A DNA stretch of 62,736 nt, filler included, from Chlamydiales bacterium (GCA_016213235.1; 6 parts of 6 records of this genome joined end to end with filler, not necessarily neighbours in it); one strand, 5' to 3'; numbered from the whole stretch's first letter, positions 42,937 to 52,220 are shown. Notes: generated by a model not told the origin, from the letters alone. Translations and numbers: made by a program.

Positions 42937-43968
42937 CTACTTGCTCTTCAGCGTAATACAATTAAATTCTTCTTCAAATTGCCCGATCGTTTTTAGGATT
43001 AATTCCCATGCTGGAATCTCCCTAAAAATCATGGACTCCATCAACCGGTAATCTTTTTGAAGTTCTTTCAAAACATGGGGTGGTGGAACAAGTTTCAATG
43101 TTCCCTTTCTGGCAGTGCCATAGCTCGCCCAAGCTGATGCAAAATAAATGCTTTTGTGATTGGCTACTCTTTCAAGTAAGTTTGATTCTTCAATGGCTTT
43201 TTCCTTTATCGGAGAATTTAGTAATCGAAAAAAATCGTAGAAGTGCCTGGAAATTCTTGGAGGAAGTCTTTTATCTTCAGGTAAATGAACATATTGATGC
43301 AGGATTGTTGCTTTTTCCCAAAACGTTCTCTCAGCATTCAATACACGGATTTTCGTTGCTGGTTCTTGGATTTTTTCTTTTAATGCCTCTTTGGTATAGC
43401 TATGTATGATATGGTTACTTACAGGCCAATGTTCTGACCTTGCACCTATCTCTATTTTCACGATAGGGCGGACATAGTCGGTGTTTGATTTTTTGTTTTG
43501 GTATTCAAATAATAATGTTTTGGAGTCAGGATCGTCCAAATCAGCAAGAAGTTGCCATCCTTTATTTGTTCCAAGTTTTGTACCAATCGCATTTGTTAGC
43601 TCTTGTAATAATTCATTTTGCACATAGTTTGTGCAAGCTTGGGAGAGATTTTCAATAATGAGATTTTGTTTTTTCTTTGAAGGTGCATTTTCAGGATTGT
43701 TGGGTGTCCCAAAACCAAAAAAGTCTCGTTCTATGGAGAGATCAATATCTTCGGAAAAACGATCAATCAATCTATATACTTTTGAAAGAGAAGTTCCTCC
43801 TTTGAAAGTAAGATAAGGTCTTAGTTTTTCTAATGAAAATAACCTTCCTAAAATCCATACCACCCAAAAGTCTTTTTCGATAATTTCAAAAGGCATGTTT
43901 TGGATATCGGCAGCTGTTTGAAAGAAAAGTTCTTGCTCATCTTGAGTTAAAAGATGGAGTTCATTCAT
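42937..43968 (-). CDS. AbiEii/AbiGii nucleotidyltransferase toxin (type IV TA)
   Basis: IEKDFWV, FKGGTSLSK, RFSEDIDL, ERTFWEK, SRHFYD. Confidence 0.92.
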   Translation of the reverse strand: MNELHLLTQDEQELFFQTAADIQNMPFEIIEKDFWVVWILGRLFSLEKLRPYLTFKGGTSLSKVYRLIDRFSEDIDLSIERDFFGFGTPNNPENAPSKKKQNLIIENLSQACTNYVQNELLQELTNAIGTKLGTNKGWQLLADLDDPDSKTLLFEYQNKKSNTDYVRPIVKIEIGARSEHWPVSNHIIHSYTKEALKEKIQEPATKIRVLNAERTFWEKATILHQYVHLPEDKRLPPRISRHFYDFFRLLNSPIKEKAIEESNLLERVANHKSIYFASAWASYGTARKGTLKLVPPPHVLKELQKDYRLMESMIFREIPAWELILKTIGQFEEEFNCITLKSK

Positions 43969-44573
43969 GGCCTGAGCTCCATTATGTCAAAAACAAGGGC
44001 TCGTATCCAGGCTGGAGCGAATTTCATGTTCTTTTTAATTTCCTCTTTAGGCGAGTTCTTAAGGAATTTTGAAATTTGTCTGCGTGCTTTTTGATCGATA
44101 TGATCTTTTCCTAAATTTTTCAAAGCTTGAATTAATAGTCCTTCCCTAGTTCCAGCGGAAAGCATGTTTTTCTTTGTCGTTTTTTTGAAGATTATTTCTT
44201 GATTGCCAATTTTGACTTTTTTGGAAGCAGCTTCAGTTAGAAATATAATTCGACCAGGAACTTGTGTAGAAAGTCCAACTAAATTTGCTGCATGGGCACC
44301 TGCAGGTTGAATGAGTACCCCGTCTTTTTCTGCAATTGCCTTTGCCACTTCGTTTAAATCGGGAGGAATAACACCTAATGTATGGTGGTTTTTTGGATAG
44401 TCATAGAGACCTCTTACAAGTCTTCGTATGAATTTTTGTTTTTCAAGTTGTGATAATGCTTTCCTAACAGAGGCGTCACTTCCTAGGTCTGAAAAATGCA
44501 TTGGCGTAAAGCACCAACCAGGGCCATGTTCAGTGATTCTATTTTTTATTGTTGTTTCAGTACCATGACGCAT
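43965..44573 (-). CDS. DUF6088/AbiEi-like antitoxin, N-terminal wHTH
   Basis: VRKALSQL...IRRLVRGLY, AANLVGLSTQVP; 4-nt overlap with toxin; ATG 44573. Confidence 0.85.
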   Translation of the reverse strand: MRHGTETTIKNRITEHGPGWCFTPMHFSDLGSDASVRKALSQLEKQKFIRRLVRGLYDYPKNHHTLGVIPPDLNEVAKAIAEKDGVLIQPAGAHAANLVGLSTQVPGRIIFLTEAASKKVKIGNQEIIFKKTTKKNMLSAGTREGLLIQALKNLGKDHIDQKARRQISKFLKNSPKEEIKKNMKFAPAWIRALVFDIMELRP

Positions 44574-44590
44574 TCGGATTGATCTCTCTT

Positions 44591-44672
44591 TTTCACAAAA
44601 ATTAGCATGTTTTTGTGAAATTGGCAATAAGAAAACCATAGATTTCACAAAAAGAGGCTGTTTTTCGTGAAA
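44591..44672. promoter_or_regulatory. Two operator palindromes upstream of the antitoxin
   Basis: TTTCACAAAAA-N8-TTTTTGTGAAA (44591-44620) and TTTCACAAAAA-N8-TTTTCGTGAAA (44643-44672). Confidence 0.75.
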
Positions 44673-44830
44673 AATGCTTATTGTCAGTTGGCCAACATCT
44701 TGTTGGCTAAATGGGTAAGAAGACGTAGGGTTTTATCCCAATTTCATCCAGTCTAGTGCGTAAAATTTGCGTAATTGAGCTTTACGCAGCTGATTTCCCT
44801 GGCGAAAATTTATGAGTGTATCTCACTAAA

Positions 44831-44863
44831 AACAAAAGGCTTCAGTCGTGAAACTGAAGCCTT
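44831..44863 (-). terminator. Intrinsic terminator
   Basis: Perfect 11-bp stem AAGGCTTCAGT/ACTGAAGCCTT with T-rich tail on the minus strand. Confidence 0.75.
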
Positions 44864-44871
44864 AATTTGGA

Positions 44872-44886
44872 TTGGAGGTGGAGAGA
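44872..44886 (-). repeat. att-like direct repeat copy 1 (tmRNA 3'-end-like)
   Basis: TTGGAGGTGGAGAGA; identical at 46002-46016. Confidence 0.7.
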
Positions 44887-45221
44887 TGCATTCAGAACTT
44901 TTAAAAGAACTCCTTCTCCAGGGAAGGAGATTTCTTCTGACGGCGAAAAGAGGGGCCCACTTTTAGAGGTCCAGCGGACCTATAAAAATGGGATGGTTCC
45001 ATGGTCCCCGGTGGGGGACTCTCTGATCAATTCGCCACCTAACTCCGCCGTAAACGGCGAAGATTGCGGTTTGGCGGCCGTTCAAAAAACTCATAATAGG
45101 AATGGCGCTTTTTTAGGCATATTTTGCTGATTCCCTTCGCTCTATAAATGCTGCTTGATCGTAAATAGCAATGTATGTATATTGTAATAACATTGTAAAA
45201 CAATCGGCAAAGGAGTCTGCG

Positions 45222-45947
45222 ATGCTTAAGAAAATTGTGAAATATGGAAACAGTAGTGCTTTGGTTCTTGACAAAGCGATCCTTGAACTGCTTAACATGG
45301 GAGAGGGATCGGTAGTAAAGATAAAAACAGATGGGGTTTCATTGATAATCACTCCGCAACATGCGTTAGTGCAAGAAGCCATTTCACCCACGCTAACAAT
45401 AGAGAGTGCGTTCGACGATGCTGTAAAGAATTGTATTGTACAATCATTTGGCGGCGATTCTGGAAAAGCCACTGCCTTCCAAGAAGGGCTTAATGAAATA
45501 ATCGATTGCTACAAAAAAGTTATAGAAGAAAAAAAGAACAACCCGGAGCTACAAGGTCTTGCAGTAGAACAAATAAACCAGGAAATGGATGCATTGCTTA
45601 AAAAATATCCTGCAGAGAATGCGCAAGACTGGGATGCTACTAATGTGAGTGCATTAAGAGAAGGTTTTGCAGAAATCCACAAAAAGTACGAGCCTTTATT
45701 GATAGCAGTTGCAGCTCTTATGGAGACCCCTGAATACATTCATGAAATGGCATTGCTGGCGGAAAAATATCAAGATGCTCCGGATGCAACCCATTCGAAG
45801 GAATATCTTGAAGCGTATACGCAGCTTGTTGCCAAGAACATACCGGAATATGCGGTCTATCAAGATGAATTGAAAAAAATGGGGGAGAAGTACAGTCAGC
45901 AAGCGAAAAAGAAGATGCCTACACGAGCAGTCGCTCGAAAAAAATAG
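45222..45947 (+). CDS. AbrB/MazE/SpoVT-domain protein with long C-terminal extension
   Basis: KKIVKYGNSSALVLDKAILELL...GVSLIITP; AAGGAG RBS before ATG 45222. Confidence 0.8.
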   Translation: MLKKIVKYGNSSALVLDKAILELLNMGEGSVVKIKTDGVSLIITPQHALVQEAISPTLTIESAFDDAVKNCIVQSFGGDSGKATAFQEGLNEIIDCYKKVIEEKKNNPELQGLAVEQINQEMDALLKKYPAENAQDWDATNVSALREGFAEIHKKYEPLLIAVAALMETPEYIHEMALLAEKYQDAPDATHSKEYLEAYTQLVAKNIPEYAVYQDELKKMGEKYSQQAKKKMPTRAVARKK

Positions 45948-45966
45948 TAGATCGATCTACTTCTAT

Positions 45967-45992
45967 AAAAAAGCCAGGTCCTTTGACTTGGC
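45967..45992. terminator. Hairpin, possible terminator
   Basis: A6-GCCAGGTC-CTTT-GACTTGGC. Confidence 0.5.
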
Positions 45993-46001
45993 CCTGTCGT
46001 T

Positions 46002-46022
46002 TTGGAGGTGGAGAGACTCGAA
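46002..46022 (-). repeat. att-like direct repeat copy 2 (tmRNA 3'-end-like)
   Basis: Minus strand TTCGAGTCTCTCCACCTCCAA: T-loop half plus acceptor 3' strand. Confidence 0.7.
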
Positions 46023-46223
46023 TTTTATCGGGTGGAGCATAGCTGCCCGAGCTCATAAAAATAAACTTCTGCAGAAAGATCTTTTTCCAAGTATTGAACG
46101 AATGGAACCATGGAATTATATTTCTCTAACGTGATTGCTTTAGTAGTAAACACGCTCTAATTAATTTTTTTAATAACATATGCATAATTTAATTATTTCT
46201 ACATAATCTTAATACGGCATGCA

Positions 46224-49200
46224 TTAATCAGCATGTTTTCGTTTGATTTCATGCCATTTTGTAATCATTTCTGAAGCAAGGGGAGCAGCCTCTTTACCAT
46301 AATCTCCGTATCGCAATAATACAACTACTACAAGCTCCGGTTTTGTAAGCGCTTTGTCTTCAAAGTAAACACCTGCAAACCAGATGTTTGTTGTTAAAAT
46401 GGTAGAAGATTCTAGATCGAGTGTTGGTTTAAATGCTATCTCTGCTGTTCCTGTTTTTCCAACCATCTGAGGTTGATTGGCAATGTAATGGGATCTCATC
46501 TGGGGATTTTCGTATAATAACCGAATAGCGCTTGCTCGTCCTGATCCATCCTTATTATTCATTACCCGATGGAGAGCATAAAAAAGATACTTTTGAATAT
46601 CCTTATCCAGTTGAATATGATCGACATGTTTGATAGAAGAAGATACAAGGTATGGTTTTTTTAGTTTCTTGTTTGCTTCAGAGAAAAATGGGAAATAAAT
46701 ACCTACCAGGGATAGATAATCTTGAAAAGGATTATATTCTTCATCAAAAACAGAAGCTGTTTTTAATGGCTCAATATTGGCGATCATTTTCACAATTTGT
46801 GGTTTTAAAATACTGCCACCATTGGCAAAGGTACTCATCATAACAGCCGTTTGCAATGGAGTTACTGCAAAAGCATGTTGCCCTATTGCAAAAGAATAAA
46901 GCCCAGATTTGTTATCAGATAAGTCATTTGGCAGAAATCCTGGATGTTCGCTGGGTAGATCTATTCCTGTTTTTTTTCCAAAAGAGAGTTGTTTGGAAAC
47001 AAGGTACAAATCCTTTGGGTCGTCGATTACCTCGGAAGCTAAAAGAGAAAAGTAAATATTAGAAGATTGTTCCAAGGCTCCAATGAGGTCTATTTTTCCG
47101 CTACTTTTGTGGCTTTTTGGCATGCGCCCTCCCTTATACAAACGGGTAATGGGCTTGCGATCTTGCGTATATCCAAGAATTTGTCCTTTGTTTTTAACAT
47201 GATCTGTCTTGATTTCATCAAAAATGGTCAAAGGATTTAACGTGTGATGTCTCTCTTTGTTTTGTTTAATGGCTTCATATGCTACTGCGATTTTATAGAT
47301 GGATCCAAGAGCCACAGGCTCTTGATAAGCATATGATCTTAAATATCCAAATCCTGTTTGGGGATAGAAATATCTAGCTAAATCTTGCTCGAGCGCTTTT
47401 TCAGTGTGTAAACGAGGATAATATCCCCAAAGAGATGATTCGAGTTCCGGAAGCGACCGAATACAGAGCACAAGGTCATAAATAGTTTCAATAGGGAGAT
47501 TCTGTAAGATGTTTTTTAATTTTTCAATAGCAGGATGATGAAAATCAAAAATAATGCGATCTGTATGATTAAAAAGAACTTTGAGCAAGTAGCGATGCTC
47601 GTTTTGTTTAAAGTAGGAGTCAAATTCTTTCCGCTCTGCTTCTTCCAAATAGTCTAAATAAGGTTTTTGATAACGTTTATTTTCCTTTTCTATCTCTCTT
47701 TTTTTGCTTAAGTAATCTTTAAAATTTGCTTCTCTCCACTGTGGAAATAATTCTTTATGAAAACTGATTTTTAGAAAGTCCCTTAAGCTTCGTTTTAACT
47801 GGAGCAGCAGTTGGTGCATGTTCCAATATTCACTGATACTAAAATGTCCTATTTTGGCAATGATTTCATCAGATAGAGAGCGATGAGGACATACTAGTTT
47901 CAATAGATCAAGCAATAGTAGTTTGTCACCATTATGATGGATAGAATTTAAATGTTTATCTAAAGATTCTTTCAGTTCATCTACAATCTTTTTATTATAT
48001 TCATAATTTTTCGCTATTTGAATGAAGGATGTATCTTTAGTGAGCATTGTTTTATGCCCTTTTTTTTCAGAAAAAAGAAAATCAATGATGGTGATAGGCT
48101 CGGTTTGAAGTACTTGTATGAGTGTTTCCATGCAGTTAAGAAGATATGCTGCCGTTTGAATATCTTTTATATTGCGTAGCTGCTTTCTCACTTCACTATT
48201 GATGGCAAGAAGATAATCTAGAAACAGATCCCAAGATAAGTACTTGGTTTCCATATAGTAGCCTTGAGATGGAGTGTAAAGTTCTTTTTCTAGTGGAAAT
48301 TCTCCTTGCCAAATACGCTCTATATATTCATCCGTTTCAAGCCATTTCATTACTTGTTTGTTGTGATCTGTGCTATCTTCATGTTGGATAGAGACAAAAT
48401 CATTGGAATTGAACCTTGGATAGGAAGCGGCACATAATACTTCTCCATTATTAGGATCTAATACAACAATGCTTCCTCCTTTAATCCAAGGAGGATGAAA
48501 ATCGCCATGTCCTTTTCCTGCAAAGCGAAAGCGTTCATCCCTTATTTTTTCATTTTCTGTAAGTAGTTGCTCTGCATATTCCTGTAGTTCCTTGGAAATG
48601 CTTAATAATACGCGCCGACCATTGATACTCTTACTGGAATCTGGAAGTACTCGCACCAATTTCCCTTGGATATCTACTTCGTATTTTTTCTTTCCAAAGA
48701 CACCTCGTAAATCCTCATCAAATTGTTTTTCTATTCCACTTTTTCCTACCATGGAGTGCAAACCATATGATTTTTCTTTTAATTCGTCCAGCCTAGCTTT
48801 AACTTGTTTCCAAGAACTATACCCCATGGGAAGAGGAGTAGGAATACCATCCTCTTTTTGTTCCAATAATCGTTTTAAATGATCTATTTGATCTTTAATT
48901 AAGAAGTATTCATTAGAATTGATGTGCCCAAGATACCCAATGATGTTACAAGCGGTATAATTATTTGGATAATAGCGATAAGATCGAATATCCATTCGCA
49001 GGCCTGGAAAGTCTTTTTGCATCATTTTTAATTTTGCATAGAGCTCTTCTGGTATGTTCTCTTTTATTACAAAGGGAGTATTAGGGAATATAGCTGCTTT
49101 ACTATAGATAAGATCTTCTATATAGGTTGCTTCTACATGAAGCTCCTTTTCTAGCATCTGTGCAAATTGTTTTATGTAGTCTTTGCGAGTGTAAATTTTT

Positions 49201-49493
49201 TTCTTTAACTGTTTATTCCATGTATAACGTGGAATTTGCTTGAAATCGTCATAACATACAGAAGCGGTATATAATAACTTATTTACAGCAAGTGGCTCAT
49301 TAAAACGATCCCGAATAGTGCCTCGATCAGGTGTTTCAATAAATGTTTTTCTCTGAGGAGCTTTAGAAAGACGAGCATAATCATCATGCCCAATCGTCAT
49401 CAAATACCAAATCCTTAAAATAATTAAGATAAATGCAATCACAATAATAAAAAAAATGCGATTTGCCTTAGTAGCTATAGGATGATTGATCAT
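46224..49493 (-). CDS. mrdA: Penicillin-binding protein 2, long chlamydial type
   Basis: N-terminal TM, RGTIRDR, GKSGIEKQFD, SxxK (SIYK), SxN (SSN), KTG. Confidence 0.92.
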   Translation of the reverse strand: MINHPIATKANRIFFIIVIAFILIILRIWYLMTIGHDDYARLSKAPQRKTFIETPDRGTIRDRFNEPLAVNKLLYTASVCYDDFKQIPRYTWNKQLKKKIYTRKDYIKQFAQMLEKELHVEATYIEDLIYSKAAIFPNTPFVIKENIPEELYAKLKMMQKDFPGLRMDIRSYRYYPNNYTACNIIGYLGHINSNEYFLIKDQIDHLKRLLEQKEDGIPTPLPMGYSSWKQVKARLDELKEKSYGLHSMVGKSGIEKQFDEDLRGVFGKKKYEVDIQGKLVRVLPDSSKSINGRRVLLSISKELQEYAEQLLTENEKIRDERFRFAGKGHGDFHPPWIKGGSIVVLDPNNGEVLCAASYPRFNSNDFVSIQHEDSTDHNKQVMKWLETDEYIERIWQGEFPLEKELYTPSQGYYMETKYLSWDLFLDYLLAINSEVRKQLRNIKDIQTAAYLLNCMETLIQVLQTEPITIIDFLFSEKKGHKTMLTKDTSFIQIAKNYEYNKKIVDELKESLDKHLNSIHHNGDKLLLLDLLKLVCPHRSLSDEIIAKIGHFSISEYWNMHQLLLQLKRSLRDFLKISFHKELFPQWREANFKDYLSKKREIEKENKRYQKPYLDYLEEAERKEFDSYFKQNEHRYLLKVLFNHTDRIIFDFHHPAIEKLKNILQNLPIETIYDLVLCIRSLPELESSLWGYYPRLHTEKALEQDLARYFYPQTGFGYLRSYAYQEPVALGSIYKIAVAYEAIKQNKERHHTLNPLTIFDEIKTDHVKNKGQILGYTQDRKPITRLYKGGRMPKSHKSSGKIDLIGALEQSSNIYFSLLASEVIDDPKDLYLVSKQLSFGKKTGIDLPSEHPGFLPNDLSDNKSGLYSFAIGQHAFAVTPLQTAVMMSTFANGGSILKPQIVKMIANIEPLKTASVFDEEYNPFQDYLSLVGIYFPFFSEANKKLKKPYLVSSSIKHVDHIQLDKDIQKYLFYALHRVMNNKDGSGRASAIRLLYENPQMRSHYIANQPQMVGKTGTAEIAFKPTLDLESSTILTTNIWFAGVYFEDKALTKPELVVVVLLRYGDYGKEAAPLASEMITKWHEIKRKHAD

Positions 49494-49734
49494 GCTAAGA
49501 TTCCGTTACTACTTCTATCTTAATAAGGCTTCCCAATTTTTGTATCTAATCCTTTTATGGAAAAAATAGAATTTTTTTTATCCTTTTCCTGTTATCATGC
49601 TTATGATAGCATTGTAACGCTATTGCCATAATTCAATAAGCTTTTTAAAAAGGAACAAGACACTTTCCTCTCGCAATATCGATTTTTGTATTGGAAAAAA
49701 TTTCAGTAATCTGTAGACTTTGTTCCTTAAATTT

Positions 49735-49805
49735 GCGCCTGTAGTTCAATGGTAGAACTATAGCCTTCCAAGCTATTAGTGTCAGTTCGATTCTGACCAG
49801 GCGCT
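49735..49805 (+). tRNA. tRNA-Gly(TCC)
   Basis: Cloverleaf; ATAGC-CTTCCAA-GCTAT anticodon arm; GTTCGA T-loop. Confidence 0.95.
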
Positions 49806-49839
49806 TTAAAGTATCAGTATTTTACCTTAAGGAGATGAT

Positions 49840-50670
49840 TTGAGTACTGCAGCACAAGAACAAGTTACAATCAAAGATTTATTAGAGTCAGGAGCCCATT
49901 TTGGCCACCAAAGACACCGTTGGAATCCTAAAATGAAGCGCTTTATCTTTGAAGAAAGAGGTGGCATTTATATCATTGATTTAGCAAAAACAATGCAACA
50001 AATTCGAGAGGCGGTTGCTGTAGTAAAAGAGATTACTGCTGACCATAAGAACGTTCTATTTGTCGGAACAAAAAAACAAGCAAAAGAAGTTGTAAAAGAA
50101 TGCGCAGAGGCTTGCGGTGAGTTTTTTGTTTGTGAAAGATGGCTAGGTGGTATGTTGACCAACCTTTCAACAATTAGACAATCTGTAAAAAAACTAGAAA
50201 AGATTGAAAAGAAAATCGCTACTGGTACTGAGGGTCATACAAAAAAAGAAATTGCGCAAATGATGAATTTGCAAGAGAAATTGGACCGTAACTTAGCGGG
50301 CATCCGTGGTATGAGAAAAAAACCAGGGCTTGTTATTGTTGTTGACCCAAGCAAAGAACATATCGCAGTTGCAGAAGCAAAAAAATTGGGTATACCTGTA
50401 ATGGGACTTGTAGACACTAATTGTGATCCCGATCCAATTGACTATGTTATTGCTTGCAATGATGACGCTTTAAAAAGCATTAAATTAATCCTTCAAGCTA
50501 TTACAGCTGCAATCAATTCGAAGAAAAGTGAGCTTAATATCTCTAAGGAGACTAAAGAAATTAAAGAGGCTTTTCATAAAGACGCTCCTGCTAAAAAAGA
50601 GGGCGCTTCAAGAGACAGAAGAAAACCTTCTAAAGAGAAAGCTTCCGACAAAGAAGAAGGGGAAGAATAA
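49840..50670 (+). CDS. rpsB: 30S ribosomal protein S2
   Basis: [34 protein letters not shown] start with AAGGAG RBS. Confidence 0.98.
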   Translation: MSTAAQEQVTIKDLLESGAHFGHQRHRWNPKMKRFIFEERGGIYIIDLAKTMQQIREAVAVVKEITADHKNVLFVGTKKQAKEVVKECAEACGEFFVCERWLGGMLTNLSTIRQSVKKLEKIEKKIATGTEGHTKKEIAQMMNLQEKLDRNLAGIRGMRKKPGLVIVVDPSKEHIAVAEAKKLGIPVMGLVDTNCDPDPIDYVIACNDDALKSIKLILQAITAAINSKKSELNISKETKEIKEAFHKDAPAKKEGASRDRRKPSKEKASDKEEGEE

Positions 50671-51512
50671 TGGCCCAAGTTACAGCTGAAATGGTAAAAC
50701 AGTTGCGTGAGCGTACTGGTGTAGGAATGGGAAAGTGCAAAGAAGCATTGGATAGCGCACATGGCGATATTGAACAAGCAATAGATATTCTTCGTAAAGC
50801 TGGTATGGCTTCTGCTGTAAAAAAAGAAGCTAGAGAGACAAAAGAAGGGATGATTAGCTTTGCTCAAAGCCCTACTTGTGTTGCTGTAGTAGAAATTAAT
50901 GCGGAAACAGATTTTGTCGTTCAAAATGAAAGATTTCAACATTTTGTAGCAGAAGTGTGTAATGCTGCTGCAAAAAACAAACCGCATAGTTTAGACGATT
51001 TGATCCACATTAAATTATCTAATGGACGCACGGTAGAAGAAATGCGAGCTGATAATATTCAAAGTCTTGGAGAAAATATTCGTATTAAGCGATTATACCT
51101 TCATATGATACAGCCAAATACTTCTGTAGGGATTTATTCTCACATGGGTGGTAAAATTCTCTGTCTGGTAGAAATTAGTGGCGCAAGCGACCAACAAGGG
51201 CTTGCAAAAGAAGTAGCGCTTCATGCTGTTGCAGAAGCACCAGAATATATGGGGCCTGCAGATGTTCCTGCAAGTGTTAAAGCAAGAGAAGAAGAAATTG
51301 CAAAAGCTCAAGTGCAAGGGAAGCCGCAAAATATCATAGCTAAAATTGTAGACGGAAAGATGCAAGCATTTTATGCTGCAACATGTCTACCACTTCAAAA
51401 ATTTGTGAAAGACCCTTCTATTACAGTTCAGCAGTATGTTGAGCAAGAAGGCAAAAAAACGAATAAGCATCTTGTAGTAAAGAGTTTTATTCGTTGGCAA
51501 GTTGGAGAATAA
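50670..51512 (+). CDS. tsf: Elongation factor Ts
   Basis: VKQLRERTGVGMGKCKEAL, EINAETDFV. Confidence 0.98.
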   Translation: MAQVTAEMVKQLRERTGVGMGKCKEALDSAHGDIEQAIDILRKAGMASAVKKEARETKEGMISFAQSPTCVAVVEINAETDFVVQNERFQHFVAEVCNAAAKNKPHSLDDLIHIKLSNGRTVEEMRADNIQSLGENIRIKRLYLHMIQPNTSVGIYSHMGGKILCLVEISGASDQQGLAKEVALHAVAEAPEYMGPADVPASVKAREEEIAKAQVQGKPQNIIAKIVDGKMQAFYAATCLPLQKFVKDPSITVQQYVEQEGKKTNKHLVVKSFIRWQVGE

Positions 51513-51536
51513 TATAATTTAAAGGTTGAGGGTTTT

Positions 51537-52088
51537 ATGAGCGCAGTAAAAGATGCAAAGCAAAAAATGGACGTAACAATCGACCATTTTAAAAAAGAAC
51601 TCAGAAATCTAAGAACCGGAAGAGCGAATCCTTCTATGCTTGATGATATCAAAGTAGAAGTATATGGCTCTGAAATGAATATTAAAAGTCTTGGCACAGT
51701 GAACGTTGCTGAAGCAAGACAGCTAGTAGTGACTCCTTTTGATCCCAGTACATCAGGAGCGATTGCAAAAGCAATTGATGCATCACCATTGAATGTAAGA
51801 GCTTCTGTTGAAGGCGGAGTGATTCGTATACCGGTGCCTTCACTTACACAGGAAGTGCGCAAAGAGATTGTAAAACACGGAAAGAAAAAAGCTGAAGATG
51901 CTAAAGTTACAATCCGTGAAATTAGAAGAAAAGCAAACGATGTGTTGAAGAAGCAAAAAACAGACGGTGATATTACAGAAGATGACCTAAAACGATCTGA
52001 AAAGCAGGTACAGGACTTTACAGATCAGCACTGCAAAATGATAGACGATCTTTTTGCAGAAAAAGAGAAAGAAATCTTATCTGTTTAA
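51537..52088 (+). CDS. frr: Ribosome recycling factor
   Basis: LRTGRANPSMLD, IREIRR, ITEDD. Confidence 0.98.
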   Translation: MSAVKDAKQKMDVTIDHFKKELRNLRTGRANPSMLDDIKVEVYGSEMNIKSLGTVNVAEARQLVVTPFDPSTSGAIAKAIDASPLNVRASVEGGVIRIPVPSLTQEVRKEIVKHGKKKAEDAKVTIREIRRKANDVLKKQKTDGDITEDDLKRSEKQVQDFTDQHCKMIDDLFAEKEKEILSV

Positions 52089-52135
52089 CTTGTTAAAAAA
52101 TAAGATTATTTTGTAAAATAACGACCAATTTTTAT

Positions 52136-52210
52136 GGCCCCATCGTCTAGCCCGGCCTAGGACACAAGATTTTCATTCTTGCAACAGGGGTTCGAATCCC
52201 CTTGGGGTCA
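52136..52210 (+). tRNA. tRNA-Glu(TTC)
   Basis: GGCCCCA/TGGGGTC acceptor; CAAGA-TTTTCAT-TCTTG anticodon arm. Confidence 0.95.
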
Positions 52211-52220
52211 TACGCCATAA

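Noticed and set aside
46002..46223. A complete tmRNA or tRNA gene between the AbrB gene and pbp2
   Set aside because: Only about 20 nt match a 3' end. There is no 5' acceptor strand or T-stem partner, and too little room for tmRNA.
46224..49493. PBP2 of 1089 aa with large inserts
   Set aside because: This size is typical of chlamydial PBP2.
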